A stretch of 33,676 nucleotides of DNA from a virus. Taxonomy: Duplodnaviria > Caudoviricetes. The notes under the pieces are model-generated. The model did not search any database. It saw only the letters and a list, made by a program, of their open reading frames with translations, and was not told the DNA's origin. Both the position numbers and the translations under genes were made by a program. Below, piece after piece: positions 9,247 to 17,436 of this stretch. Positions within the stretch are counted from its first letter, which is position 1, and each line of letters starts with the position of its first letter. The stretch spans positions 1 through 33,676 of IMG/VR virus record IMGVR_UViG_3300021446_000034; one strand, written 5' to 3'.

Positions 9247-10249
9247 CGTCTTCCCACTGTTCCTGTTCGTAATTGTCCACGTTCAGATGTCTGGCAACGT
9301 GGATACTCGAAAGGAGAGAATGAAACTGTACGTTCGGATTTGCCCCATTCAGAATCCTCCAGTCCGCCTTTCCGATTTTTGAAATTGCCTTAGCACGAAT
9401 CGGAGCCGGCCAATTTTTGTCTTTTACAACTCTCAGCATGGAGTCACACAACGTTTGAGAGTCCACACCGGATTTCAATACCTTGTCAGTCTTGTCCATT
9501 GCTTCCCCATAGTCACCTGCAATAGCCATATCAACCAATTCCTCAATGAGATCGTCGTCAACGACACTTACGAGAGCATCAATGGACTGTGCTGATACCG
9601 TTCCATCCGCTTCGGCTGCCTGTAGTGTATTAACAGCCTTCCGTGCATCCCCACGAGAATGTTCCACCAAATCCCAAAGGTGGTTCTCGTCTACGTCCAG
9701 ACTTTCTCCTTCTACCACCCGATCAAGGAATTGTTTTACTTCACTATCATCCAGTTTACCGAAATTAAAAACCGCGCAACGGGAGAGGAGGGGGTCAATA
9801 ATTTGGTTTTGATAATTACACGTCATTACGAATTTTGTCTGGTCTGAGAACTTTTCCATCACCCGGCGTAGAGCAGGTTGCGCAGAATCCGTGAGTGAGT
9901 CCATCTCGTCAAGGTGTATATACTGGTGGTTTGCATTAGACCCTACTGCCGTACTTTGTCGAGCGAACGACTTGACTTTATTACGAATGACATCAATACC
10001 TCTCTCATCACTCGCGTTGAGACTCATGATGTTGTTTTTCCATCCCTCTCCATATTTGTCTTTAGCAAAGGCCAAAATAACACTCGTCTTCCCAGTCCCC
10101 GCTGGACCGGAGAACAACATATGAGGTGTAGACGGATCATCAGTCCACTCTTTGAGTTGCTTCACTGCTTCCTCTTGACCGATAACATCATCAAGCGACT
10201 GAGGACGGTACTTCTCAACGTACATCTGGTCGTTTACGCTATCCATCAA
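9236..10249 (-). CDS. rfcS: Replication factor C small subunit
   Basis: EKYRPQSLDDVIGQ, GPAGTGKT, LNASDERGIDVIR, LDEMD, AQPALRRVME, SRC motif, GDARKAVNTLQ. Confidence 0.95.
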   Translation of the reverse strand: MMDSVNDQMYVEKYRPQSLDDVIGQEEAVKQLKEWTDDPSTPHMLFSGPAGTGKTSVILAFAKDKYGEGWKNNIMSLNASDERGIDVIRNKVKSFARQSTAVGSNANHQYIHLDEMDSLTDSAQPALRRVMEKFSDQTKFVMTCNYQNQIIDPLLSRCAVFNFGKLDDSEVKQFLDRVVEGESLDVDENHLWDLVEHSRGDARKAVNTLQAAEADGTVSAQSIDALVSVVDDDLIEELVDMAIAGDYGEAMDKTDKVLKSGVDSQTLCDSMLRVVKDKNWPAPIRAKAISKIGKADWRILNGANPNVQFHSLLSSIHVARHLNVDNYEQEQWEDDGH

Positions 10250-10280
10250 AGAACCTCGTTATCAATATTTTTCATATGAT

Positions 10281-10577
10281 TTAATCTCCTCCGAGTAACC
10301 ATTGTGTTCCCGCAGCGATAGCCATACCCTCAACACCGAACACCACCAACGAGAGAGTAAAGAACATCCACTCTCCACTTGAAAATAGCGTCCCTATTCT
10401 CCATAGTGTCATCGCAACGATCCCAACAACCGAAGCAACTACCATAGCAAATCCGGTAGTGATGACCACCAGCTTCGGTGTAATCAACCGAAGGAACGCC
10501 GTCAGTCTGTTTCTCTGGAGTAGTTCAATCGCACGATCCGCCGTTTTTTCTATCTTCTGTTCGGATTTACTCTTCAT
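10281..10577 (-). CDS. Small membrane protein (2 predicted TM segments)
   Basis: Hydrophobic runs LVVITTGFAMVVASVVGIVAMTLW and WMFFTLSLVVFGVEGMAIAAG. Confidence 0.7.
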   Translation of the reverse strand: MKSKSEQKIEKTADRAIELLQRNRLTAFLRLITPKLVVITTGFAMVVASVVGIVAMTLWRIGTLFSSGEWMFFTLSLVVFGVEGMAIAAGTQWLLGGD

Positions 10578-10601
10578 CTTCTACTTGAATAATTGACTCA
10601 A

Positions 10602-10651
10602 ACTACTTCGTTATCCTCAGATTCTCCGCCAAAAAGCGAGGAGGATGTCAA
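10602..10651 (+). mobile_element. Degenerate IS200/IS605-family (tnpB-type) right-end remnant
   Basis: GATTCTCCGCC-AAAAA-GCGAGGAGGATGTCAA resembles, from recollection, haloarchaeal IS1341/IS605 right ends (hairpin followed by GGAGGATGTCAA, ending in TCAA). No tnpA or tnpB is present. Confidence 0.4.
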
Positions 10652-10697
10652 TCTTTGGAACGGTACATTGATAAAGTTATGGTTTGTAGATGGTACT

Positions 10698-10832
10698 ATG
10701 GCAACGACGGTCCAAATTGAGATTGAAGACGACAACCAGTACGAGCGGTTGCGGGCAATCAAGCGGCACAACGGACTAACGTGGAAAGGAATGTTGCTCC
10801 ACTCGGCGGAGACCTTGGATACCCCGGACTGA
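10698..10832 (+). CDS. 44-aa ribbon-helix-helix-like small protein; the only convincing plus-strand gene
   Basis: MATTVQIEIEDDNQYERLRAIKRHNGLTWKGMLLHSAETLDTPD shows a strand-helix-helix pattern. A TATA-like TTGATAAAG lies about 25 nt upstream of the ATG, consistent with a leaderless transcript. Confidence 0.65.
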   Translation: MATTVQIEIEDDNQYERLRAIKRHNGLTWKGMLLHSAETLDTPD

Positions 10833-10866
10833 TCGGCTTCAACGGTTTTCGTCCCTGTTGCCGGAT

Positions 10867-11028
10867 TCACTCTCCATCGTCTATGTTATCCGCCAACCAT
10901 TGAATTTGGTGTAGAAGACTTTCGATTTCTTCCGCTTTCTTATCCGTGTTGATGTTGTCGAAAATATCTTTAATATTGTGTGCTTTATCGCTTATCTCAT
11001 CACTGTTTGTTCGTGTTGTCAGTATCAT
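10867..11028 (-). CDS. 53-aa protein consisting almost solely of the NVxTDEE module
   Basis: Below the ORF-track cutoff. MILTTRTNSDEISDKAHNIKDIFDNINTDKKAEEIESLLHQIQWLADNIDDGE; it overlaps the end of the upstream ORF. Confidence 0.6.
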   Translation of the reverse strand: MILTTRTNSDEISDKAHNIKDIFDNINTDKKAEEIESLLHQIQWLADNIDDGE

Positions 11029-11293
11029 TGGGTAATTGATTCGTATAGCTGAAGTTCTCTCCTGACTGCTTAACGTCTCCTAAGTACCGTGTAGTCCCTG
11101 TCAACTCGTCTTTCTCTTCCTCATCAGTTGAAGGCTCCAGTTCTTCGTCCACAATTTCTATGATTTCATCAACCACCAGACTCAACTCCTCTAATTCTTC
11201 ATCTGTATGGACGTTATTAAGAGAATTTTGCAACTCTATCAGTTTCTGCTTTGCCCGCTCGTCCGGATAATAAGAGATTAATTCAGAAGCCAT
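11000..11293 (-). CDS. Hypothetical acidic protein with NVxTDEE module
   Basis: LNNVHTDEELEELSLVVDEI. The start was moved to ATG 11293 to avoid overlap with the primase. Confidence 0.7.
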   Translation of the reverse strand: MASELISYYPDERAKQKLIELQNSLNNVHTDEELEELSLVVDEIIEIVDEELEPSTDEEEKDELTGTTRYLGDVKQSGENFSYTNQLPNDTDNTNKQ

Positions 11294-11318
11294 ATTGACA
11301 ACAGCCTGTCCCCAAAGG

Positions 11319-12416
11319 TCAATACTCACACTGCCCTCCGCTCCATCCATACGTCTCACACTGATCTTTTCTCTCGTCGGAATCGTATATACACAATCCT
11401 TCCTTTTGTAGCGTCTCACACGACATATCTGCATACCGTTTGCGATATATCTGCTCTAACTGCCGTTGTGTCACATCAGGATCGTAGTTCCTCCAGTTGA
11501 TTTTCGCATATATCTCTTGTACCTCCTCCGGAGACATCCCACAGTTGAACAGAAGAACCGCTACATTACGACGAACCGTATGGGAAGGATTCGGTTGAAA
11601 TATCCGTTCTTTCATACACGGTAGTTGCACTACTGACCTCACGAACTGCTCCAAGGAGTCGCTAACTGGTTTTGTATAGCCCTCAATTGGTTTGTGAGCC
11701 GTTTGAGTGTTGGTGGTATGGGTGTACCCTTCGTACACTTTCATCTCCGGTCTGTCGTACCGTATAGACACATCTCGCGGATTTCGTGACAACTCCAACA
11801 TTTCACTCACACTCATATCGCACACCTCCTCCGGTGTGAGAGGAATCGTGTAGTGTCCGGTATGCCTTCCGTCATACACACGAGGACAATTGGGGATTCG
11901 CATCAGCCGATGAACGTCTCCAATAGGCATACGATCAAGCGTTTCCAACCCTAACTCTTCTTCCAACATCATAGCAGTTGACCGCAATTCCCGTTTCGGT
12001 CTAACTTCTGTCGCAAACAGCAAATGCGTGTGGAAACCAAAACCAGTTAGGATGAGAGCCGCCGGGATTTCGTTTTCTATAGTCCACTCACATACTTTTC
12101 TGGTGTCCTCCAAAGTGTTCCCCAACACCTTTTCTGCCAACTCTGTATCTTCTCTCATACGCTTGATTTTTGCTCTCTCATCGTCCGTGTCACCAAAGGC
12201 TGCCTCTTTCCAACCGGAGTCAAAATCCAAAGAAACCATACTGGTGAGGGGAGTTCCGTCCATCCCGTAGTGAGATATTGTCGAATAGAGGTTTTTGTCC
12301 CCACTACAGAAATCCACAAAATCATCGAACTCCGCTTCGGTATGGACTACGTGTTGTGAGGGATTACCGACTGCTCTTGGAAAACGACCGAATAATGCTT
12401 TAGTTACATCATCCAC
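11319..12416 (-). CDS. Archaeo-eukaryotic primase: PriS-like catalytic domain fused to a PriL-like C-terminal cysteine domain
   Basis: Motif I SLDFDS, motif II TGFGFH, motif III GDVHRLMRIPN. The C-terminus LPCMK...SHTVR...YADMSCETLQKEGLC..C is PriL-CTD-like. Confidence 0.8.
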   Translation of the reverse strand: MDDVTKALFGRFPRAVGNPSQHVVHTEAEFDDFVDFCSGDKNLYSTISHYGMDGTPLTSMVSLDFDSGWKEAAFGDTDDERAKIKRMREDTELAEKVLGNTLEDTRKVCEWTIENEIPAALILTGFGFHTHLLFATEVRPKRELRSTAMMLEEELGLETLDRMPIGDVHRLMRIPNCPRVYDGRHTGHYTIPLTPEEVCDMSVSEMLELSRNPRDVSIRYDRPEMKVYEGYTHTTNTQTAHKPIEGYTKPVSDSLEQFVRSVVQLPCMKERIFQPNPSHTVRRNVAVLLFNCGMSPEEVQEIYAKINWRNYDPDVTQRQLEQIYRKRYADMSCETLQKEGLCIYDSDERKDQCETYGWSGGQCEY

Positions 12417-12419
12417 ATT

Positions 12420-13595
12420 TCACCAGCTCATTGCGCCATTGTGTTGTCTCGGTCCCGGATTCTTAGTAGCCCTCTCTTCAGACATCTCAACATAGTCCTT
12501 ATTCAAATCTATTCCAATCCACCTCCGCTCAAGATCTTGTGCTACTACTGCCGTTGTTCCGGCCCCAATAAACGGATCAAGGACAATACCCGGTTCAGTT
12601 TCGCTTATAGAACAGTCACATTGCTGCTCCCAACCAACTAACTCTCGGGAGGATCGTTGCCACCCCTTTTGGGGTGGAGCTGATCTGCCCTTGATATTGG
12701 GACTATATTCTCTCTCTTCTCCCCTGACAACATCACCCTTCTCCTCTTTTACCAGAGCATACGGTCTGCCACACTCAACACAAACCTCCGAAGGACAAGA
12801 CGCCTTGATTGGTTTCTCTATCAACTCCGTAGGGAAGACAGCAAAGTGTGCATCGGGAAATTGGGCTGTAGTGACTTCAAAGATGTCTCCGGGGTTCTTG
12901 CCGTTTGAGTGAGTGAATTGGTTTGGATTGAGAGTTTCTTCTCCGTCGGGATGCCCTCTTTCTGCGTTCCCTTCCCAATTCGGATTTCCGTTGTTCTGGT
13001 TTACTCGCTGAATAGAAGATTCTGCGTATGGTTTCCGAATGGAGTCAAGATCGTAGTAGTAGTTCCCTTGCTGAACAAAGTGGAAGAAAAACTCAAACGT
13101 TGTAGAGAGCCTATCTGTAACACTTTCTGGCATAGGAGATGTTTTGCTCCAGACTACATCGTTCCGAACAATCCATCCTTCGTCTTGCAAAGCAATCGCA
13201 GTCCGGTGAGGGACCAACATCTTGTCTTTGTTGGGGAACGATGTGTTCTTCGCTGGAGGCTCATCAGGATAATTCTCATCTTGGTGCATATCATCCCAAT
13301 CATCCGGCTTACCTGCTACCCCTCCACCTCCTGAATAGGTGTCCCCAAGATTCAACCACCAGCTGCCGTCATCTCTCAATACGCGCTGTAGCTCATCGCC
13401 AACGTCAACCAGTTGCTGTATATACTGTGACAGTGAATCTTCCAGTCCTATCTGTCCGTCGCAGTTGTAGTTTCTCAAACCATAATAAGGGGAACTTGTA
13501 ACGACACAATGGACAGAATCCGCTGGCATCTCTTCTAACGTCTCTTTTGCATCTCCTTGATGAACTTCATTCACCCAATCGTCTATATCGGACAT
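12420..13595 (-). CDS. Beta-class amino (likely N4-C) DNA methyltransferase with a Zn-binding insertion
   Basis: VTSSPYYG (motif IV), WLNLGD, WSKTSPMPES, HFAVFPTELIE, CPSEVCVECG...CDC insert, VLDPFIGAGTT (motif I). Confidence 0.88.
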   Translation of the reverse strand: MSDIDDWVNEVHQGDAKETLEEMPADSVHCVVTSSPYYGLRNYNCDGQIGLEDSLSQYIQQLVDVGDELQRVLRDDGSWWLNLGDTYSGGGGVAGKPDDWDDMHQDENYPDEPPAKNTSFPNKDKMLVPHRTAIALQDEGWIVRNDVVWSKTSPMPESVTDRLSTTFEFFFHFVQQGNYYYDLDSIRKPYAESSIQRVNQNNGNPNWEGNAERGHPDGEETLNPNQFTHSNGKNPGDIFEVTTAQFPDAHFAVFPTELIEKPIKASCPSEVCVECGRPYALVKEEKGDVVRGEEREYSPNIKGRSAPPQKGWQRSSRELVGWEQQCDCSISETEPGIVLDPFIGAGTTAVVAQDLERRWIGIDLNKDYVEMSEERATKNPGPRQHNGAMSW

Positions 13596-13600
13596 ACACA

Positions 13601-14497
13601 CTACGAAACGTTACCGATAGAATGACGAACAGTGGAGCCGTTACCGTCCTGAAGAACGTATAGAGGACCGTCGTCAACGGAGTAAATCTCCACTTGACCG
13701 GAAAGAGAGTTGACCAACTCTTTGAACCCAGTATGGTATTCGTTGTCGAAATCCGGTCCTTCTACTCCGGTTGAGAAGGAACCGAAAATCTGTTGAGACT
13801 GTGCATCTCCCACATTGAGACTGAATGTACCGTCCTCAACTACAACTGGGAAGAAATCTTCCTCTGCATCCTCGTGAACGTCTACCGCGTCCACGATCTT
13901 CTCCATTTCCTGCATTCCAGCACTGACATGAGTGGGTAGTTCCTCCCCACTATTCGGATTGATGAGAACGTTATCATCGTTCACCTGCGTCGGTAGGTCT
14001 AGTGGTACTTCCTCAAGGACTGCATCACTACCCGGAAGCGGCACACGAGAAGTCAACTTTCCAGTAATCCTGAGAGCTTGTGCAAGTCGCACTTGTGGTT
14101 CTTTGATGAAGTCGAGTTCTACCACTCCCCCATCACTAGCGATATTGAGGTAGTTAAGGAACTCCTGTGTGTCAACCACTGCCTCCAGCGTCGGTTTCTC
14201 TCCGTCCGGAGTGTTGTTTTCAGTCTGTTCGGTAACACCGATCTGCTTCATTGACTCCTCGTTCCATGTGGTATACGACACAACGACGTTGCCATGACTC
14301 CCCGCAAGACACTGAATCTGACCATCACTCACGTTCATGTAAACAATGTCGTGAATTGGTCCACCTCCCTTTGTAAGAGCGGTTTCTTGCACCAAGGTCT
14401 GTAGTCCCTTCGTACTCGCACGAACCGTAGCAGCAGTATAGTCAGTATCCTCAACAACAGTATCGGACGCACTTTGTGCTTCACTCATTGTAGTCAA
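13601..14497 (-). CDS. Probable divergent PCNA-like sliding clamp
   Basis: 298 aa acidic protein with a two-domain alpha/beta periodicity resembling PCNA (IVYMNVSDGQIQCLAGSHGNVVVSY; AVVDTQEFLNYLNIA..GGVVELDF; FKELVNSLSGQVEIYSVDDGPLYV). Both RFC subunits are nearby. Confidence 0.5.
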   Translation of the reverse strand: MTTMSEAQSASDTVVEDTDYTAATVRASTKGLQTLVQETALTKGGGPIHDIVYMNVSDGQIQCLAGSHGNVVVSYTTWNEESMKQIGVTEQTENNTPDGEKPTLEAVVDTQEFLNYLNIASDGGVVELDFIKEPQVRLAQALRITGKLTSRVPLPGSDAVLEEVPLDLPTQVNDDNVLINPNSGEELPTHVSAGMQEMEKIVDAVDVHEDAEEDFFPVVVEDGTFSLNVGDAQSQQIFGSFSTGVEGPDFDNEYHTGFKELVNSLSGQVEIYSVDDGPLYVLQDGNGSTVRHSIGNVS

Positions 14498-14676
14498 TCT
14501 TCGTTTTGGTTGTGTTCAAAAGCACCCAATTCAACAGACTCTCGAATCTTGGAAAGGAGAGTGAGACGACCTAACCAGAAAGATTCGGTAAACTCACTTT
14601 CCGCACCATCTATCTCTTTTCTTGCTATCGTAAATCTCTCCTCCAACCACATTTGAAATTCTGTATTATCTTTCAT
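14494..14676 (-). CDS. Hypothetical protein
   Basis: 60 aa ORF with start/stop overlaps on both sides. Confidence 0.55.
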   Translation of the reverse strand: MKDNTEFQMWLEERFTIARKEIDGAESEFTESFWLGRLTLLSKIRESVELGAFEHNQNED

Positions 14677-15020
14677 TGTAATTCGTTTTCTACATCCTCA
14701 AGTTCCGTCTTCCGCACCTGTTCTTCGTCTCGTTTAAGCCCCTCTTCCAAGAGGTACTGGTCCAGAACGTCCGGAATCGAAACGTTTTGACCAGCAGATG
14801 CCTTCAGTTCTTTGTGGACGTGTATCTCCATAGCAACGTTTTTCGTTTCATATTCGGAAAACTCAATAACCTCTCCACACCACGGAAGAAGTCGCTCTAC
14901 CGCTTCGCTGAAGGTTTCGTCTTCTTTTTTATACTCCTCTAATCTCTGGTATATATGACCGTGGACTCGGACGTTTTGACGGTCTTTGTGATAGTCCGTG
15001 ATAGTAGCATCAGGCATCAC
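14673..15020 (-). CDS. Tandem RHH/VapB-like DNA-binding protein
   Basis: NVRVHGHIYQRLEEYKKEDETFSEAVERLL followed by a second similar unit, NVAMEIHVHKELKASAGQNVSIPDVLDQYL. Confidence 0.6.
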   Translation of the reverse strand: MMPDATITDYHKDRQNVRVHGHIYQRLEEYKKEDETFSEAVERLLPWCGEVIEFSEYETKNVAMEIHVHKELKASAGQNVSIPDVLDQYLLEEGLKRDEEQVRKTELEDVENELQ

Positions 15021-15235
15021 ATTACCTCATCGGTAACGCAATCCGCCTCAACTACTACACCCCCATCCTCTATAGTGATCGTGAACCATCCAGTCGTCTC
15101 TTGTTCTTCATCTGTTACAACAAAAGACAAGTATTTCTCCGACATCTTTTCAAGATGCCAGTTGCCGTATCCAGCAACATCATCAACTGTTCCATCTTCT
15201 AACTCTTGATAGAGAGAGAACCTTTCTTTAGTCAT
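15017..15235 (-). CDS. Hypothetical protein
   Basis: 72 aa acidic ORF overlapping its neighbours. Confidence 0.6.
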   Translation of the reverse strand: MTKERFSLYQELEDGTVDDVAGYGNWHLEKMSEKYLSFVVTDEEQETTGWFTITIEDGGVVVEADCVTDEVM

Positions 15236-15437
15236 TGCCTAACATTTCCACGTCCCTATTTTTGCGGAGATTGCCGCACATACGACACCGCTCAATAGTG
15301 TGCCATTCTAGTCCGGTTCTTCCCATTTCAACATCTGCATCAACAACATTTTGATGGTCCCACATATGCGAATCTCCAGACCCAGAAGGACAGTAATCCA
15401 AAGTTGCAGGATCTGATTCGTCTTCTTCGTCACTCAT
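15228..15437 (-). CDS. Small putative zinc-binding protein
   Basis: YCP....HMW...CRMCG. Confidence 0.6.
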   Translation of the reverse strand: MSDEEDESDPATLDYCPSGSGDSHMWDHQNVVDADVEMGRTGLEWHTIERCRMCGNLRKNRDVEMLGND

Positions 15438-16596
15438 CGTCTACAAACCTCGGATTGCCTTGCATAACCGAAATATCATGATCGGTTAGTTCACTCACTT
15501 CAACCTCTTCATCGGATAGTTCCGCTTCTTCAATAGCGTTCACCACCTCCGTCGTCTTCTCAAAGGTCGGATATTCCAGTCCGGTAAATCGGTACTTGGT
15601 TAGTCCGGATTTCTCCAGAGATCCTGTTGGAACACCTTTGTGGTCTTGGTCAATGTGGAGGATATGGTCCACCTTGTAGACATTGTTTTTCTCTCCAACA
15701 GGCTTCTTCCGATCAACTCCGTCTTCCATTTTCGCACTATAATCTTGCTCCTCCATAGCAGTCCAGACCATATTATATTCGCTTTCGGTCATGACTTGAC
15801 GGAAGTCTGAGTGGTAAGATTTGATCTGCTTCCAATCCGATTGGCCCCCTCCGAAACCCGAGGAAAATTGTTCTTTAGCGTCTTCAAATGGAGTACTTGG
15901 ATAGAACTTATCAACGTACTTTTGTTGTGACCATTCCCAAAGAATGCTCATACTATCTACACAAATAGTACCTATACGACCATTTTCTGATTTATAGTGA
16001 TCTAGAACATCAAGGGCCTCATGAACCGCTTCAAGTGCTTCATCATAACCAGAGGGTTGCCAAATATAGAAATCTTTATCTGGAAACTTGTGAGCAATAT
16101 CATCACTCTTCCCTTCTGTGTCAATAATACACAGAGGGTCCTCAGCGGTATATACGAAATGGGTTTTTCCCGATCCCGGCTGTCCCCAAACCAAAATTTT
16201 CCATCGGTGGTCCTTTTCACGCGCTTCATTTGCTCCCATCGCATTGGGAGCAAGATTATCTATGTCAATACTACTTTCTTCTACACTAGATTCACTTTCT
16301 TGACTCATATTCACTTGACTCTCGTTTAGACGTGACTGCTTTGTCTCTCCATTTGGCGGAACAGAATCCAGCTCATGCAAACGCTTTCTGAATACTTCTT
16401 CTACTTCCTCCTTACTTGACTTCTCAAACCCCCTCTTCAATAACTCCTTATCTTCTACACCATCTACACCCTCCTCAACGGAACGTAAGGGGAGTTGGTC
16501 AATTGCTTCAGTATGAATAGCCGTTCTCATGTGTTCCGCATCCGTATCACTGCTACCGTCACTACTGCCTTCATTTGAACTCCAAGGACCACTCAT
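15430..16596 (-). CDS. AAA_24/Sak4-like RecA-fold ATPase (single-strand annealing recombinase)
   Basis: KILVWGQPGSGKTHF, IIDTEGK, TICVDSMS, DWKQIK; long acidic N-terminal extension. Confidence 0.75.
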   Translation of the reverse strand: MSGPWSSNEGSSDGSSDTDAEHMRTAIHTEAIDQLPLRSVEEGVDGVEDKELLKRGFEKSSKEEVEEVFRKRLHELDSVPPNGETKQSRLNESQVNMSQESESSVEESSIDIDNLAPNAMGANEAREKDHRWKILVWGQPGSGKTHFVYTAEDPLCIIDTEGKSDDIAHKFPDKDFYIWQPSGYDEALEAVHEALDVLDHYKSENGRIGTICVDSMSILWEWSQQKYVDKFYPSTPFEDAKEQFSSGFGGGQSDWKQIKSYHSDFRQVMTESEYNMVWTAMEEQDYSAKMEDGVDRKKPVGEKNNVYKVDHILHIDQDHKGVPTGSLEKSGLTKYRFTGLEYPTFEKTTEVVNAIEEAELSDEEVEVSELTDHDISVMQGNPRFVDDE

Positions 16597-16613
16597 TATT
16601 ACGTTATTGATTA

Positions 16614-17405
16614 CTAATTGACCTCGTTGTTTCCATTGTCAGGTATTTCAATATTGCCTACTTCTACAGTAGGATGGCAAACCTGACACACCGTAAACAA
16701 ATTACTCAACTCTGCTGCTTCATCCGGTGGTCGGTTCATATCGTCTTCCATAAACTCGGACCGAGGCTTGATGTGGTGGACATGAAGATCTCTTTCTCCC
16801 TCTAAAGACTCATCACCACATACCCTACATTCGTATCCATCTCTTTCTAAGGCCTTGGAACGGTTTTCGTAGAACAATCTTGAATACCCTACCCTAGTAC
16901 CACCCTTCCACCGATAACACTTCTCACCGATCTGAGATTCTGAAATCTTCTTCTTAGCTTCCTCGGTATGAGTTTCGCCATACATTCCATGATTTTCTCC
17001 GGATATTCCTTTAGAAATGTTCTTTCTATGCTCTTCTGTTTTTGGAACTCCAGCATTTGACTCAGAGATTTGCTGTTTAGTTTCTTCAGAAAGAACATTG
17101 CCGTGAGCTGGATGGTCTTCGCCGGTAAGACCATATGCCCAATGGTTTTCTCCTTTTTTAGCCTCAGACATCTTCTGTTTGACCTCTTCATCTATCCAAA
17201 CGACATTATCAACACACTCCTGACAATACTTTCTCTCTCTTTCTTTGTAGTCAGTAACCTCCGTTTCACACCCCCTACACTCTATTGTCTCTTTAGATAT
17301 AATTCCTTCGTGAATCTCATCTTTAGATATACCATAATGTTTCCTCATCCCAGCAATAGTATCAAACTCATCACCGCAAGCAGGACATTCAGTGATTTCC
17401 GCCAT
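16614..17405 (-). CDS. Free-standing HNH endonuclease with C2H2 finger and NUMOD3 repeats
   Basis: CPACG..F....GMRKH; repeats EEVKQKMSEAKKG, EETKQQISES, EEHRKNISKG, EEAKKKISES; ERDGYECRVCG...VHHIKP...NLFTVCQVCH. Confidence 0.88.
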   Translation of the reverse strand: MAEITECPACGDEFDTIAGMRKHYGISKDEIHEGIISKETIECRGCETEVTDYKERERKYCQECVDNVVWIDEEVKQKMSEAKKGENHWAYGLTGEDHPAHGNVLSEETKQQISESNAGVPKTEEHRKNISKGISGENHGMYGETHTEEAKKKISESQIGEKCYRWKGGTRVGYSRLFYENRSKALERDGYECRVCGDESLEGERDLHVHHIKPRSEFMEDDMNRPPDEAAELSNLFTVCQVCHPTVEVGNIEIPDNGNNEVN

Positions 17406-17436
17406 TGATTAGTATAAAACCTCCTTAGAAACTCAT

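Noticed and set aside
10598-10870. 90-aa minus-strand ORF
   Set aside because: It is antisense to the 44-aa plus-strand gene, which has a promoter and a protein-like pattern.
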